Shown here: positions 38,223 through 49,202 of the stretch, piece after piece
Numbering within the stretch: position 1 is the first letter of the stretch
How the letters are laid out: each line of letters begins with the position of its first letter
Origin: an uncultured virus (IMG/VR IMGVR_UViG_3300008107_006367)
Taxonomy: Duplodnaviria; Heunggongvirae; Uroviricota; Caudoviricetes
Direction: 5' to 3' (one strand)
IMG/VR virus record: IMGVR_UViG_3300008107_006367
DNA length: 64,000 nt
Translations under genes and position numbers: made by a program
Notes under the pieces: generated by a model
Told to the model about the DNA's origin: nothing
Seen by the model: only the letters and a program-made list of their open reading frames with translations
The model's database searches: none

Positions 38223-39164
38223 GTGTTAAGTAGCAATGATAAAAATAAGGTAATTACTGCCCTTACTAATGTATTGGGTAGCGGTGTATCCCTAAAAGGG
38301 AACGAATTAGCATTTTACTGCCCATTTTGTAATCACCATAAACCAAAACTACAAGTTAATACCGAAACCCAAAAGTGGCATTGTTGGACTTGTAATAGTG
38401 GTGGTAAAAAATTGACATCCCTACTTCGTAAATTAGATGTAGATAGAAAAACAATATCTTTAATTAGAGAGATATATGGGGATAGTAATTGGACTCCACA
38501 ACAAGAAGATGCCGAAACAAAGGTATTCATTTCACTTCCAAAAGAATTTATTAGTTTAGCAGAAGAACCAAAAGGATTTAATCCTGAATATAAACATGCG
38601 ATACATTACCTTACACAAAGAGGTATTGGTATAAAAGATATTATTAAGCATAATATTGGATATTGTAAAGAAGGATTATATGCTCGTAGAGTGATAATTC
38701 CATCATACAATTCTGATGGTTCACTTAATTATTTTGTTTCTCGTTCTTATTATTCGGAAGAGAAGATGAAATACAAAAACCCACCAATCAGTAAGAATAT
38801 AATTTGTTTTGAATCACAGGTAAATTGGAATGAACCAATTATACTTTGTGAGGGGGTATTTGATGCTATAACAATTAAAAGAAATGCAATTCCACTTTTA
38901 GGTAAGTTTCCTTCCAAGCAATTGGTTGAAAAAATCTTTATGAGTGGAGTAAACAATATCATTATTTCATTAGATAACGATGCAATCAACGAAGCTCTTA
39001 AAGCAGCTGATTATTTCAGAAAAAATGGAATCAATGTAAAGATGATGTATCTAAAAGATAAAGATGCATCTGATATGGGCTATGAAAAATTTTATGAAGA
39101 ATTAAGTAAAACTAAAGAATTCTCTTCTGAAGATTTACTGTTAAACAAAATAAATTCATTATGA
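38223..39164 (+). CDS. DNA primase (Zn finger + TOPRIM)
   Basis: CPFCNH...WHCWTC, KYKNP, LCEGVFDA, LDNDA, KDASD. Confidence 0.9.
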   Translation: MLSSNDKNKVITALTNVLGSGVSLKGNELAFYCPFCNHHKPKLQVNTETQKWHCWTCNSGGKKLTSLLRKLDVDRKTISLIREIYGDSNWTPQQEDAETKVFISLPKEFISLAEEPKGFNPEYKHAIHYLTQRGIGIKDIIKHNIGYCKEGLYARRVIIPSYNSDGSLNYFVSRSYYSEEKMKYKNPPISKNIICFESQVNWNEPIILCEGVFDAITIKRNAIPLLGKFPSKQLVEKIFMSGVNNIIISLDNDAINEALKAADYFRKNGINVKMMYLKDKDASDMGYEKFYEELSKTKEFSSEDLLLNKINSL

Positions 39165-42100
39165 GTTTAAAAAGAATTTACCATATTGCGGATATTCATA
39201 TTCGTAATGTACAAAGACACAAAGAGTATAGAGCGGTTTTTGAAAAAATGTTTGAAGAAATCCGTAATAGAGGAACGGAGGATTCAATCATTTATTTAGC
39301 AGGTGATATTGCACATGCTAAATTGGAAATGTCACCTGAATTGGTGAAAGAGATTAGTTGGTTATTTACCGAATGTTCTAAACATTGTGAAACAATCCTA
39401 ATCGCAGGTAATCACGATTGTAATATGAACAATTCGGATAGGTTAGATGTATTATCACCTATTGTAGAGGCTTTAAACCTACCAAATTTTCATTATCTTA
39501 GAGATACACAAGTGTATTCAGTTGGTGGTGTAGATTTCGCTGTATTTTCAATCTTTGATAAGAAAGATAATTGGCCTAAAGCAGAAACACTATTTGGAAA
39601 CAAAAAGATTGCACTATTCCACGGACCTGTTGATAATTCACAAACCGATGTGGGGTATGTAGTAAGTAGTAGACATTTCACAACCGACATGTTTGATGGA
39701 TATGATTTAGCCTTATTGGGTGATATCCACAAAAGGCAAACTATGATTTCACCAAGCGGTTGTAAAGTAGTTTATGCCGGTTCATTAGTACAACAAAACT
39801 TTGGTGAGAGTTTAAATGGACACGGATTCTTAGTTTGGGATGTTGCATCTTTAAAATACGAAGCAATTGATATTCCAAATGAGTATGGATATTATACATT
39901 GGATGTAGATAATGGCGTAGTGCCGGTTGTAACCGATATGCCAAAAAATCCACGTTTGAGAGTTCGCTTATCTAATACCGATACCGCTGATACAAAGAAA
40001 GTAATCACCGAAATTAAAATGAGATATGGTGTTGATGATTTCACAATTATTAGAACCGATTCATTCAATAAACAAAAAACAGGTAATAGATTAAACAAAT
40101 TAGATTTTGAAGATATATCCGATATCAACTATCAAAACACATTGATAAAAGATTATGTTCAAAGAATGATGCCATTTACAACTACTGCGGATTTAGATGG
40201 TTTAGAAGCAATTAATAGAGATATCAATAGTAGAATAACGCAAGAAGAAGTACATAGAAATATACATTGGAAGCCCATAAAGTTTACATTCAGTAATATG
40301 TTCTCTTATGGTGAAAACAACAAAATCGATTTCGCCAAAGTAGGAGGATTGATGGGATTATTCGCACCAAACGCTAGTGGTAAATCATCCCTATTTGATG
40401 CAATCTCCTTTTGTTTGTTTGATAAATGTAGTAGAGCATTTAAGGCTACTCACATTATGAACAATCGTAAAAAGGATTTCGAATGCCACCTACATTTCCA
40501 AGTTAATGGAATGGATTTCCATATTAGTAGAACTGCTAAAACAATCAACAAAGGAAAGAACGTTAAAGTGGATGTACAATTTTGGAAAGATGAGGGAGGT
40601 ACAATCACATCTTTAAATGGAACGGAGAGAAGGGATACAAATGTAGTAATTGAACAATACGTTGGTAAGTACGAAGATTTCGTCCTAACTGCTTTATCTC
40701 TACAAGGTAACAATGCTTTATTCATTGATAAATCACAATCGGAGAGAAAGGATTTGTTAGCACAATTTATGGGATTGGATATATTCGATAAATTGTATGA
40801 AACGGCAAGTGAAGATATAAAGGAAGTTGCAGTACTTATCAAAAATTTTAAGAAAACCGACTTTACGACAGAGTTGGCTGAAAAAGGTTTAGAAAAGCAA
40901 ACAAAGAAATCGGAACTAAGAGCAAAGGAAAAGGAATTAGGAACAAAAACAAATGATGTAGAAGATTTATCTAATAGAATATTGGGATTAACAAAAGAGT
41001 TAGTGCCAGTAGATGCAAATTTAGATTTAGAGAAGCTAGAAAAGAAAAAGAATCAAATTGGATTTGATATTCTACACGTTCTTTCTGAAGAAAAAAGTAA
41101 GAAAGCAAAATTAGATGAATATACTCAAAGTATTTCTGAAATATCACAATCGATTGAAGAACACAAAACTATTAATGGTAAACCAATCGAAGATGCTAAG
41201 AAGGAATGGGATGAATATAAAAGTGAGATAAATGAAACCGAACATCAAATTCAGTTATTAGAACAATCCTTAGAATCTAATAGAGAAAAACTTTCACATT
41301 TGGAACAACACGAATATGACCCAAATTGTAAGTTTTGTATGAACAACGTATTCGTAAAAGATGCGTTAGAAACAAAATCTAAAGTTGAAGAGCAAGAAGA
41401 TAAGTTAACCGAATTAGGTAACAAACATCAATCTTTAATTCAACAGGCATCTTATATTGCAGATGTGGAAGAACAATGGGATTCTTTAGTTGAGTTAAAA
41501 TCTAAGTATCAAAAAGCAATTGTAATTAAAGAAAAAACAATCGCAGAATTGAATGGATTTGAAACCCAAAAACAATTATACGATACTCAGTTGGAGCAAG
41601 TAAACGCAGATATTCAAAGATACCACGATAATGAAGATACTATTAAACGTAATAAACAAATAGAATCGGTTATCGATGGACTAAATAGAACAAAGAGCGA
41701 AATAGAATCGGAAGTAAAAACGCTTAACAAACAAATATCTGATTTGAATAGCTCTATTACTCAAATACAATCGTTTATAGACAATGTAAAGGATAAGATG
41801 GATGAAGTTAAGGACTTAGAAGAAAAGAGTCGCCTATACACCTATTATATCGATTCTGTAAAGAGAGATGGTGTACCATACGAACTTATTTCGAAAGCAA
41901 TGCCTGTTATTGAAAATGAAATCAATAATATACTTGCGCAGGTTGTAGATTTTAGTATCGTAATGGATATCGATGGTAAATCTATTAATGCAAAGATTGT
42001 TTATGAGGACCAAGAATGGCCATTAGAAATGTGTAGTGGTATGGAGAAGTTCGTAAGTGGTTTGGCTATTAGAGTAGCTCTGATTAATATTTGTAATCTA

Positions 42101-42304
42101 CCACGTCCTAATTTCTTAGTTATTGATGAAGGATTTGGTACATTAGATGCTAATAACTTATCATCATTATTTATGATGATGCAATATTTAAAAACTCAAT
42201 TCGATTTCATTTGGATGATTTCTCACTTAGAACAAATGAGAGATATCGTAGATGGATTGATAGAGATAAAAAAGATAGATGGGTTTAGTAAGATTGATTT
42301 TTAA
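39161..42304 (+). CDS. fused SbcD/Mre11 nuclease - SbcC/Rad50 ATPase (gp47-gp46-like)
   Basis: ADIH, GD, GNHD, GDIH phosphoesterase motifs; NASGKSS Walker A; CKFC zinc hook; CSGMEK, IDEGFGTLD, ISH. Confidence 0.9.
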   Translation: MSLKRIYHIADIHIRNVQRHKEYRAVFEKMFEEIRNRGTEDSIIYLAGDIAHAKLEMSPELVKEISWLFTECSKHCETILIAGNHDCNMNNSDRLDVLSPIVEALNLPNFHYLRDTQVYSVGGVDFAVFSIFDKKDNWPKAETLFGNKKIALFHGPVDNSQTDVGYVVSSRHFTTDMFDGYDLALLGDIHKRQTMISPSGCKVVYAGSLVQQNFGESLNGHGFLVWDVASLKYEAIDIPNEYGYYTLDVDNGVVPVVTDMPKNPRLRVRLSNTDTADTKKVITEIKMRYGVDDFTIIRTDSFNKQKTGNRLNKLDFEDISDINYQNTLIKDYVQRMMPFTTTADLDGLEAINRDINSRITQEEVHRNIHWKPIKFTFSNMFSYGENNKIDFAKVGGLMGLFAPNASGKSSLFDAISFCLFDKCSRAFKATHIMNNRKKDFECHLHFQVNGMDFHISRTAKTINKGKNVKVDVQFWKDEGGTITSLNGTERRDTNVVIEQYVGKYEDFVLTALSLQGNNALFIDKSQSERKDLLAQFMGLDIFDKLYETASEDIKEVAVLIKNFKKTDFTTELAEKGLEKQTKKSELRAKEKELGTKTNDVEDLSNRILGLTKELVPVDANLDLEKLEKKKNQIGFDILHVLSEEKSKKAKLDEYTQSISEISQSIEEHKTINGKPIEDAKKEWDEYKSEINETEHQIQLLEQSLESNREKLSHLEQHEYDPNCKFCMNNVFVKDALETKSKVEEQEDKLTELGNKHQSLIQQASYIADVEEQWDSLVELKSKYQKAIVIKEKTIAELNGFETQKQLYDTQLEQVNADIQRYHDNEDTIKRNKQIESVIDGLNRTKSEIESEVKTLNKQISDLNSSITQIQSFIDNVKDKMDEVKDLEEKSRLYTYYIDSVKRDGVPYELISKAMPVIENEINNILAQVVDFSIVMDIDGKSINAKIVYEDQEWPLEMCSGMEKFVSGLAIRVALINICNLPRPNFLVIDEGFGTLDANNLSSLFMMMQYLKTQFDFIWMISHLEQMRDIVDGLIEIKKIDGFSKIDF

Positions 42305-42464
42305 CCTTATCAGCTCTTAACACACCCGCTTGAGGTTTAGTAACACCAACGTGTTTCTTAATTAAATTTTCAACTAAACTTCCCATCTTAAACCCATGTT
42401 CTTCACAATATTGTTTGAGAAGTTCGTGGGTTTCTTTTTTTATTTGCAACATAGCGTATTTCAT
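42285..42464 (-). CDS. small ribbon-helix-helix DNA-binding protein (59 aa)
   Basis: Manual translation MKYAMLQIKKETHELLKQYCEEHGFKMGSLVENLIKKHVG...; strand-helix-G-helix pattern; only credible minus-strand gene. Confidence 0.7.
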   Translation of the reverse strand: MKYAMLQIKKETHELLKQYCEEHGFKMGSLVENLIKKHVGVTKPQAGVLRADKVKNQSY

Positions 42465-42469
42465 AACTT

Positions 42470-42509
42470 TAGTTTTCTTTAGTTTTATATAGAATCTTAT
42501 AGTTTTCTT
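42470..42509. repeat. four 10-bp phased direct repeats (TAGTTTTCTT consensus)
   Basis: 42470 tagttttctt, 42480 tagttttata, 42490 tagaatctta, 42500 tagttttctt. Confidence 0.7.
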
Positions 42510-42512
42510 TAT

Positions 42513-42549
42513 ATAAATATGAACATAATATTTTTTTGTGAATATTTAT
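42513..42549. promoter_or_regulatory. divergent ATATTTAT motifs (minus 42513-42520, plus 42542-42549)
   Basis: One copy points at the RHH gene, the other at the tail fibre. Confidence 0.55.
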
Positions 42550-42568
42550 AGAAAAGATATTTTAAATA

Positions 42569-45500
42569 ATGGCTGTAATCCAAAAAACTCTATTCGCTGA
42601 AAATTTAGAAAGGTATAACACATTTGTTAGAGATACAAATCCTACAAGTACCTATTTTAATATTACAGAATTACCCGATACATTTACCGGCGGTAAAAAC
42701 GCATTTTTAATAGCAGGCTCTGGTGAATTGATGCCGGATACTTTGATTAAAATAGAAATAAAAGATGCAGCGGGGAATGTTATATATCACGAACCAGGTG
42801 AAGGTAATTTAGTAACTACAATCAATGGTGAACAATTTACAAACGAATATTTTGAGGGTGTTTCCAAAGTTGTAGCAGTTTATGTGTATCCAGATGATAC
42901 TGCTTATGGTCCATGTACAATAACAATATTAGGTGAATTAAGTTCATATTATGATGATAATGGATTATTAACTCCTATACCAATTGATTGGCAAGGAACT
43001 TATAATGTAAAGTGGCAAAAAACAATAAATGTAAACCCAACATTAGCCAATACAACAAAAATTCGTTTTTATCGTAGACCTACCGCTACAATAACCGAAT
43101 TAATTTCTCCAATTTATAGAATAGATTCTAATACAGGTTTAAAAATAAATAGTGGTATAAATCAATCTTTTGCAAATATAAAAATTTCAAATTTAGAAAC
43201 ATTTGCAGGAGATGTAAAAAGAATAAAAGTATTTAGAACATCTTTGGGCGATATATCCGATTATGATATGATTCAGGATATATTGGTGGAATCAAAAGAA
43301 TTACTTACTACATATAATTTATCGGGTAGTGTTGTTGGAAATACAGGTATTTTCACATCAGAAACTTTAAAAAATTATTGGATATCCGGTTCTTTAGGAA
43401 CTGAATTAACATCAAGTAGAGTTGAAAGTGGATTGAAATTAAGTGGTAGTGGTTATTTTAGATATAGTTCATCATTAGAATTAAATTCAGCAAATACATA
43501 CGAACTTAATTTAGATGCTTTTTATTCAGCATCAACCGATAGCAATTTGGGAATATATGTTAGTGGTTCTGATGGTGGTGATATTTTAATTGGTACATTA
43601 AGTGGTATTTCCCCAACAAAAAATTTATTAGATACAACTATTCCATTTAAATTAGATTCCAATTTTGCAAGCGCATCTTTATATTTTTCACAATCACGAG
43701 GTGAATGGCACGTTGGTAATATAAGTTTAAAATTATCAGAAGATACAGCGTTTTCGCCAGATGAAGTTTCGTTTGTAACAACAATGCCAACTGTTGTAGG
43801 AAATGAAGATTTTAATTTCAAATTTGAATTTTATGATGTAAATAATAACTACGTTCCTGTTTCGGTAACTGGTAGTGCAAATTTTACAGGTGGTTCAAAT
43901 GCAATTACAAAGTTATTAACATTTGAATCAGATAGAACCGCATTTAGATTTTCATCAGGTTCGGTAGGTAATCCACCATCACAATTTGTTAAATTTAAAA
44001 CAACAAAAACTAATTATACAGGCTCAATTACATATTCTAGTGCATCATTTGATAAAGATGGAAACTATATCGTTCCATCATCATACGCTGGAGAATATCC
44101 AGGAGCACTTACCAACGTTAGTGATTCCGGTGCATTATTGAGTATTGCTAAATTTAGTGGAAGTGTTAGTAGTGTAATAGTAGGTTCAATTACATACACC
44201 GCATCGTGTGAGGGGTTTGAAGAATATGAAACAATTTATAGATTTGAAGATGGTGATAATGCACCTGGTGTTTTTGTAACATCAAACGCAAATCAGTTTA
44301 TATATAAAGCAACCGATTTGTCGCTCAATCCAACGGGACAAGTTATTACAATAGAAGCTAAACGTAAAAATTTAGCATCAGCTACAACACCATTAACTGT
44401 AAATTCGGGAAGTGGTACACCACCATTAACTTTTGTATCTACAAACGCAACAAATGGTGTGGATACATTTACATTGGCTGGTTCAACATATTCATATTCA
44501 ATAGGTGAAAGAAGTTATTTTATTTCTGGCTCTGACCAATTTGGAAATGAATTTTCCGATGCAATTAAAATAACTCCTGTAAAAATATTAGATGGTTTAT
44601 CTGTAACACTTACAAATGATAACGCATCACTTCCTGCTCTTTCGAATGGATTTGTAGCAAGTGGGTCATTCATATTAACATCTGGTTCGGTAAACGTAAA
44701 GGTTGGTAATGAAACAATTACATTTGATGATGATAATGATAGTAGTAGAGCAAATAATACATTCGCTATAACAAGTCTAAGTGGTACGGGGTGTACACCA
44801 AATTCATCAAACCCATCTATAAATGAGTATGGGATAACAAATTTATCAGCCGATTCTGGTTCATTGGATATAACAATAAGTTATAAGGATGGCGCCGGTG
44901 ATACAACGTCTGTTACAAAAACTGCAACGTACACAAAGAATAAAAAAGCAGCTCCTGTATTAACGTTTGTAATTGGAAATAATAATCAATCTACTGATGC
45001 CAAATCAACAGGTGAGCAAGTAACATCATTTAGCGATTCTACATTAAGTGTAAAAGAGCAATATAATGGAACTAATAGTAATCTAACATTATCATCTGCC
45101 CCAACTATTAATAGTAGTTCTGCTTTTCCTGGCATAACTAAAACTACTACTAATTTATCTTATCCAACATTGGCAACTGCAACAGATTCCGTTGAATTAT
45201 CTATTACGGGTTCGGTTACCGATTCGGAAGGAATAAGTAGACAAGTATTTGGTAACGTTTCTTTAACAAAAGTTAAAAAAGCAGCACCAGTATTATCCAT
45301 ATCGACAACAAATAAAGCACAATCAGTTTCAGCAAAATCAATTGGAACACAAATTGATGCTTTTTCAAATTCAACTGTAACTGTTTCACAAACATATAAT
45401 GGTTCTACTACCAATTTAACAATAACATCATTAACCGCAACATCTTCTGATATCGCAAGTATATCAACAACAGCTGCAAGTGGTTTAGTAACATTAAATG

Positions 45501-48481
45501 GTAAAACTTTAGCAGATGGTACGAATTCTACAATTGTAACTATTTCTGCTACAGTTACTGATTCTGAAGGAAGTAGTAGAACTTTAACCGATACAATAAC
45601 ATTATCTAAAGTTAAAAAAGCACCACCTACAATCACATTTGCAATTACTCCATCTTCACAAACAGTTGCTGCAAATAGTGCTGGAACATTAACTGGTACA
45701 ATTGTGGACCCGGTGTTAACTGCATTTGAAGGTTCTTCTGCTTTAACATATAATCAGGGAACACTAAGTACATCTCAATTTAAAATCACAAATGTAACGG
45801 GAGTAACGGTAGGAAGTACAACACCATCTACATCAACGATAGATGTTACCGCAATATCATCAACAGATAATACGGGCGTTGTAACAATTGCATATGTAGA
45901 TTCTGAAGGTACATCGGGAACTTCAACTATTAGATTTACAATATCAAAAGCAATAGCAGGTGCACAGGGTGACCCTGGAAACTCTGGAGCAGATGGTAAA
46001 CGTACCGCAACGGGAATGATTCACTATCAAGTAGCTGCAACATCTGCACCATCTGCACCAACTGCAACATCATATACATTTAGTACGGGTACATTTAGTG
46101 GATTAACAGCAAATTGGGGATTGGGCGCACCAACTTATGCTAGTGGTAACACTAACAAATATTGGTACTCAACTTATAGTGTTGTTGAAACAACCGCTGG
46201 AGGTGGTACAGGTACTCCATCTTTCGGAACTCCTACTCAGGCAATAGGATTTAGTGGATTGGTATCATTCACCGCAGCTAATAATGTTAGTGATGGTTCA
46301 AACGCTTTATCATTTGGTGTAGCAGGAACTACATTAATTAATGGTAGTAATATATCAACCGGTAAAATAACATCTACAAACTATTCAGCAGGTACACCAT
46401 TTACAACGGCTGGTAGTATTATAGATTTAGATAATGGTAGAATCGCAACTAAAACGTTTTATGTAGATGCAAATGGAGATGCTGTTTTTAAAGGACAAAT
46501 ACAGGTTGGTGGAAGTAATTATAATACATCCGATGTATTGAATGCAAACACAACAAAAGCACAAGTTGGATTAGGAAGTGTATCGAACTTAGGACCACAA
46601 GCTCAAGCCGAAACTGGTCTTATTGCGGGTACTACTATAACAGGTGGTGGTATAACTTTAAGTGGCGGTGGTAATATTAAAGGTGGACAAACCGATTATA
46701 ATACAGGTACTGGTTTCTTTTTAGGATATCATGATAGTAAATATAAATTTTCAATAGGCAACGCAGCATCTAAAGGAATAACTTGGGATGGTAATACTTT
46801 ATCGATTGGCGGTGATGTTAATATTGGTGCCAATTTGGCATCTTCATTGACAACATCTACCGCATTAAGTGATGGATTAGCAACTAAAATAACAACAGGA
46901 AATGCGGCATCTGATGTGAATTCAAATTCCACAACAATTAGTGGTAATAAAATTAGAACAGGTGTAATACAATCAACGAACCATACGGGTACTGCAGATG
47001 GTAGTGGATTTTCTGATACAGGAATGTCAATAGATTTAGCTGTTGGTGGAATATCTGCTAAAAATTTTAGAATAACACAAAATGGTGATGCATATTTTAA
47101 AGGAGATATAAGCGGTGCTAGTGGTACATTTAGCGGTAATCTTAGTGGTGCCACAATTAGCGGTGGAACTATTTCGATTGGTAGTGGAACTACTAGTATT
47201 TTTATAGCTAATTCAAGCGGAATTTCTTTAGGAAATATAACATTTGCTAACGCACCATTTAGTGTAACTCCAACGGGTGTTTTAAAATCAACATCGGGAA
47301 CTATTGGTGGTTGGACGATTGGTTCTTCAACACTTACATCAACTAATGGAGCAACTATACTTAATACGAATGGTAATATCACATTAAATAACGCTGGAGT
47401 TGAGAAAATTAAAATTACACAAGATAGTTTAGCAACAAATAGTACATCTACAACTATTACAATTCCAAGCACATCGAATACAACCGCGAATCCCATATTT
47501 TCTACGTTTAACTATTCGCAAACGGTAAGTAACACAGCGAGCACAACCCCAGCAATATCTGCAAATTTTACAGCAGGAGGAAGTGCAATTATATTAAATA
47601 TACCATTTAATGGTGGATTTGGGGGTACATCGCAATGGAATCAAACTTTACCAAATTTTAATAGTATTCAAAACTTAACACAACAATCAATTACGGTTGA
47701 AATATATACATCGGGTGGTAGTTTGGTTCAATCAAAAACAGTTATTACTTTTTCTCAACGTGACTATTCATATAACGCAACAGCACTTTATCAACACGCA
47801 GTTATTCCATCCGGAACAACCTCAGTTCCATTTTCTGGATTAACAACAGGTGGAACTTACTATGCTAGAATATATATATCGAGAACAATATCATCTCAAT
47901 ATACTGCCTTCACATTTGGTCCAGTAACACTTTCCGGTACGTTCACAACTAGTGGTATCACCGGTGGAAGTCCTACAATCGATATAACATCCGCCGAAGA
48001 AAAAACTTCGATTGGTGTAAATGGTATGATTGTATCTTCTGCGGGGGGATTTGCACAAATCGGACCAGTTGCTACCATTGGTGGAACTAATTATAGTGCT
48101 GCATTTTTAGGAGATGTTAGAATAAATGGTGCTTTATACGCTTCAGCGGTTTTATCAACTTCGGATGAAAGATTAAAAACTAATATAGCAAATTTAGAAT
48201 CTCCATTAGTAAAAATTGAAAGATTAAATCCAAAATCATTTTTATGGAACGATATTACAGCTCCTTTATCGGAAAAAAAGGATTCTTATGGATTTATAGC
48301 ACAAGAAGTTCAAAATGAGTTTCCATTTTTAATAAAAAACATAGGAAATGTAAATAATTTAGATAATATCTTATCATTAGATTATAACTCAATAATAGCA
48401 TTAAATACAGCTGCTATAAAAGAATTACTTATAAAAATAGAACAATTAGAGGAAAGAATTTTAGAATTAGAAAATCAATAA
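42569..48481 (+). CDS. long tail fibre with C-terminal peptidase S74 intramolecular chaperone
   Basis: Ser/Thr/Gly-rich repeats (KKAAPVL x2, KKAPPTI), short GXY collagen-like stretch, TSDERLKTNI...GFIAQEV...coiled coil. Confidence 0.85.
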   Translation: MAVIQKTLFAENLERYNTFVRDTNPTSTYFNITELPDTFTGGKNAFLIAGSGELMPDTLIKIEIKDAAGNVIYHEPGEGNLVTTINGEQFTNEYFEGVSKVVAVYVYPDDTAYGPCTITILGELSSYYDDNGLLTPIPIDWQGTYNVKWQKTINVNPTLANTTKIRFYRRPTATITELISPIYRIDSNTGLKINSGINQSFANIKISNLETFAGDVKRIKVFRTSLGDISDYDMIQDILVESKELLTTYNLSGSVVGNTGIFTSETLKNYWISGSLGTELTSSRVESGLKLSGSGYFRYSSSLELNSANTYELNLDAFYSASTDSNLGIYVSGSDGGDILIGTLSGISPTKNLLDTTIPFKLDSNFASASLYFSQSRGEWHVGNISLKLSEDTAFSPDEVSFVTTMPTVVGNEDFNFKFEFYDVNNNYVPVSVTGSANFTGGSNAITKLLTFESDRTAFRFSSGSVGNPPSQFVKFKTTKTNYTGSITYSSASFDKDGNYIVPSSYAGEYPGALTNVSDSGALLSIAKFSGSVSSVIVGSITYTASCEGFEEYETIYRFEDGDNAPGVFVTSNANQFIYKATDLSLNPTGQVITIEAKRKNLASATTPLTVNSGSGTPPLTFVSTNATNGVDTFTLAGSTYSYSIGERSYFISGSDQFGNEFSDAIKITPVKILDGLSVTLTNDNASLPALSNGFVASGSFILTSGSVNVKVGNETITFDDDNDSSRANNTFAITSLSGTGCTPNSSNPSINEYGITNLSADSGSLDITISYKDGAGDTTSVTKTATYTKNKKAAPVLTFVIGNNNQSTDAKSTGEQVTSFSDSTLSVKEQYNGTNSNLTLSSAPTINSSSAFPGITKTTTNLSYPTLATATDSVELSITGSVTDSEGISRQVFGNVSLTKVKKAAPVLSISTTNKAQSVSAKSIGTQIDAFSNSTVTVSQTYNGSTTNLTITSLTATSSDIASISTTAASGLVTLNGKTLADGTNSTIVTISATVTDSEGSSRTLTDTITLSKVKKAPPTITFAITPSSQTVAANSAGTLTGTIVDPVLTAFEGSSALTYNQGTLSTSQFKITNVTGVTVGSTTPSTSTIDVTAISSTDNTGVVTIAYVDSEGTSGTSTIRFTISKAIAGAQGDPGNSGADGKRTATGMIHYQVAATSAPSAPTATSYTFSTGTFSGLTANWGLGAPTYASGNTNKYWYSTYSVVETTAGGGTGTPSFGTPTQAIGFSGLVSFTAANNVSDGSNALSFGVAGTTLINGSNISTGKITSTNYSAGTPFTTAGSIIDLDNGRIATKTFYVDANGDAVFKGQIQVGGSNYNTSDVLNANTTKAQVGLGSVSNLGPQAQAETGLIAGTTITGGGITLSGGGNIKGGQTDYNTGTGFFLGYHDSKYKFSIGNAASKGITWDGNTLSIGGDVNIGANLASSLTTSTALSDGLATKITTGNAASDVNSNSTTISGNKIRTGVIQSTNHTGTADGSGFSDTGMSIDLAVGGISAKNFRITQNGDAYFKGDISGASGTFSGNLSGATISGGTISIGSGTTSIFIANSSGISLGNITFANAPFSVTPTGVLKSTSGTIGGWTIGSSTLTSTNGATILNTNGNITLNNAGVEKIKITQDSLATNSTSTTITIPSTSNTTANPIFSTFNYSQTVSNTASTTPAISANFTAGGSAIILNIPFNGGFGGTSQWNQTLPNFNSIQNLTQQSITVEIYTSGGSLVQSKTVITFSQRDYSYNATALYQHAVIPSGTTSVPFSGLTTGGTYYARIYISRTISSQYTAFTFGPVTLSGTFTTSGITGGSPTIDITSAEEKTSIGVNGMIVSSAGGFAQIGPVATIGGTNYSAAFLGDVRINGALYASAVLSTSDERLKTNIANLESPLVKIERLNPKSFLWNDITAPLSEKKDSYGFIAQEVQNEFPFLIKNIGNVNNLDNILSLDYNSIIALNTAAIKELLIKIEQLEERILELENQ

Positions 48482-48482
48482 T

Positions 48483-49202
48483 ATGATTACAACACCGCAA
48501 AATACGAGAGATATTAAATTTGTTAGAGCAGTTTGGGGAAATATGGATTTATCATTAATTCCAAATACACCACAATATGATGAAATTGTATATGTATGGG
48601 GTATTGAAAATAAATTACAATTAGATTCAATGGGATATACTACTATTCTATGTGATAGAAATAAATTAAATTTTAAATACACATCAATTCTGTATCAATT
48701 TATTCATAAATTAATTGCAATAGAAAAAGCATCTAAAAACTTTTCAAAAATACTTTTTTTAGATTGGGATTATAATTTATATAAAAATTTAGATGATGAT
48801 TTTTTTGATTACATCAATACAAAAACATTTTTAGCACCCATATATGAGTATAATGTAGATGATTTTAATAATTCTTATAATGATTCGGAATCATTTGAAT
48901 ATAATAAATCCGAATCAATAAAAAAATATTCTTGGTCAAAAGATGAAAATTACATAATACCAAATGCTGGATTTATCTATATATCAGATTCGGTTATAGC
49001 TACTGAAATATTACAAATTGCAAAAAATCAAAATTTAAAAACTTTAATTGAAGAATTTGCAATACAAATTTGGTCAAATTGTAACTTAGAAAGTTATATA
49101 GAAAATTTCCATCCAAAAGTTTGTTTTGGCAGAAATGACTCAAATATAAATGAATATGTAAGTTCATTGATACAAACAAATATTTACTTTAGAACTTTAT
49201 GA
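48483..49202 (+). CDS. putative GT-A fold glycosyltransferase-like protein
   Basis: ILFLDWD (DxD), PNAGFIY. Confidence 0.5.
   Translation: MITTPQNTRDIKFVRAVWGNMDLSLIPNTPQYDEIVYVWGIENKLQLDSMGYTTILCDRNKLNFKYTSILYQFIHKLIAIEKASKNFSKILFLDWDYNLYKNLDDDFFDYINTKTFLAPIYEYNVDDFNNSYNDSESFEYNKSESIKKYSWSKDENYIIPNAGFIYISDSVIATEILQIAKNQNLKTLIEEFAIQIWSNCNLESYIENFHPKVCFGRNDSNINEYVSSLIQTNIYFRTL

Noticed and set aside
42470..42509. CRISPR array
   Set aside because: 10-bp repeats without spacers; no cas genes or arrays seen in the window.
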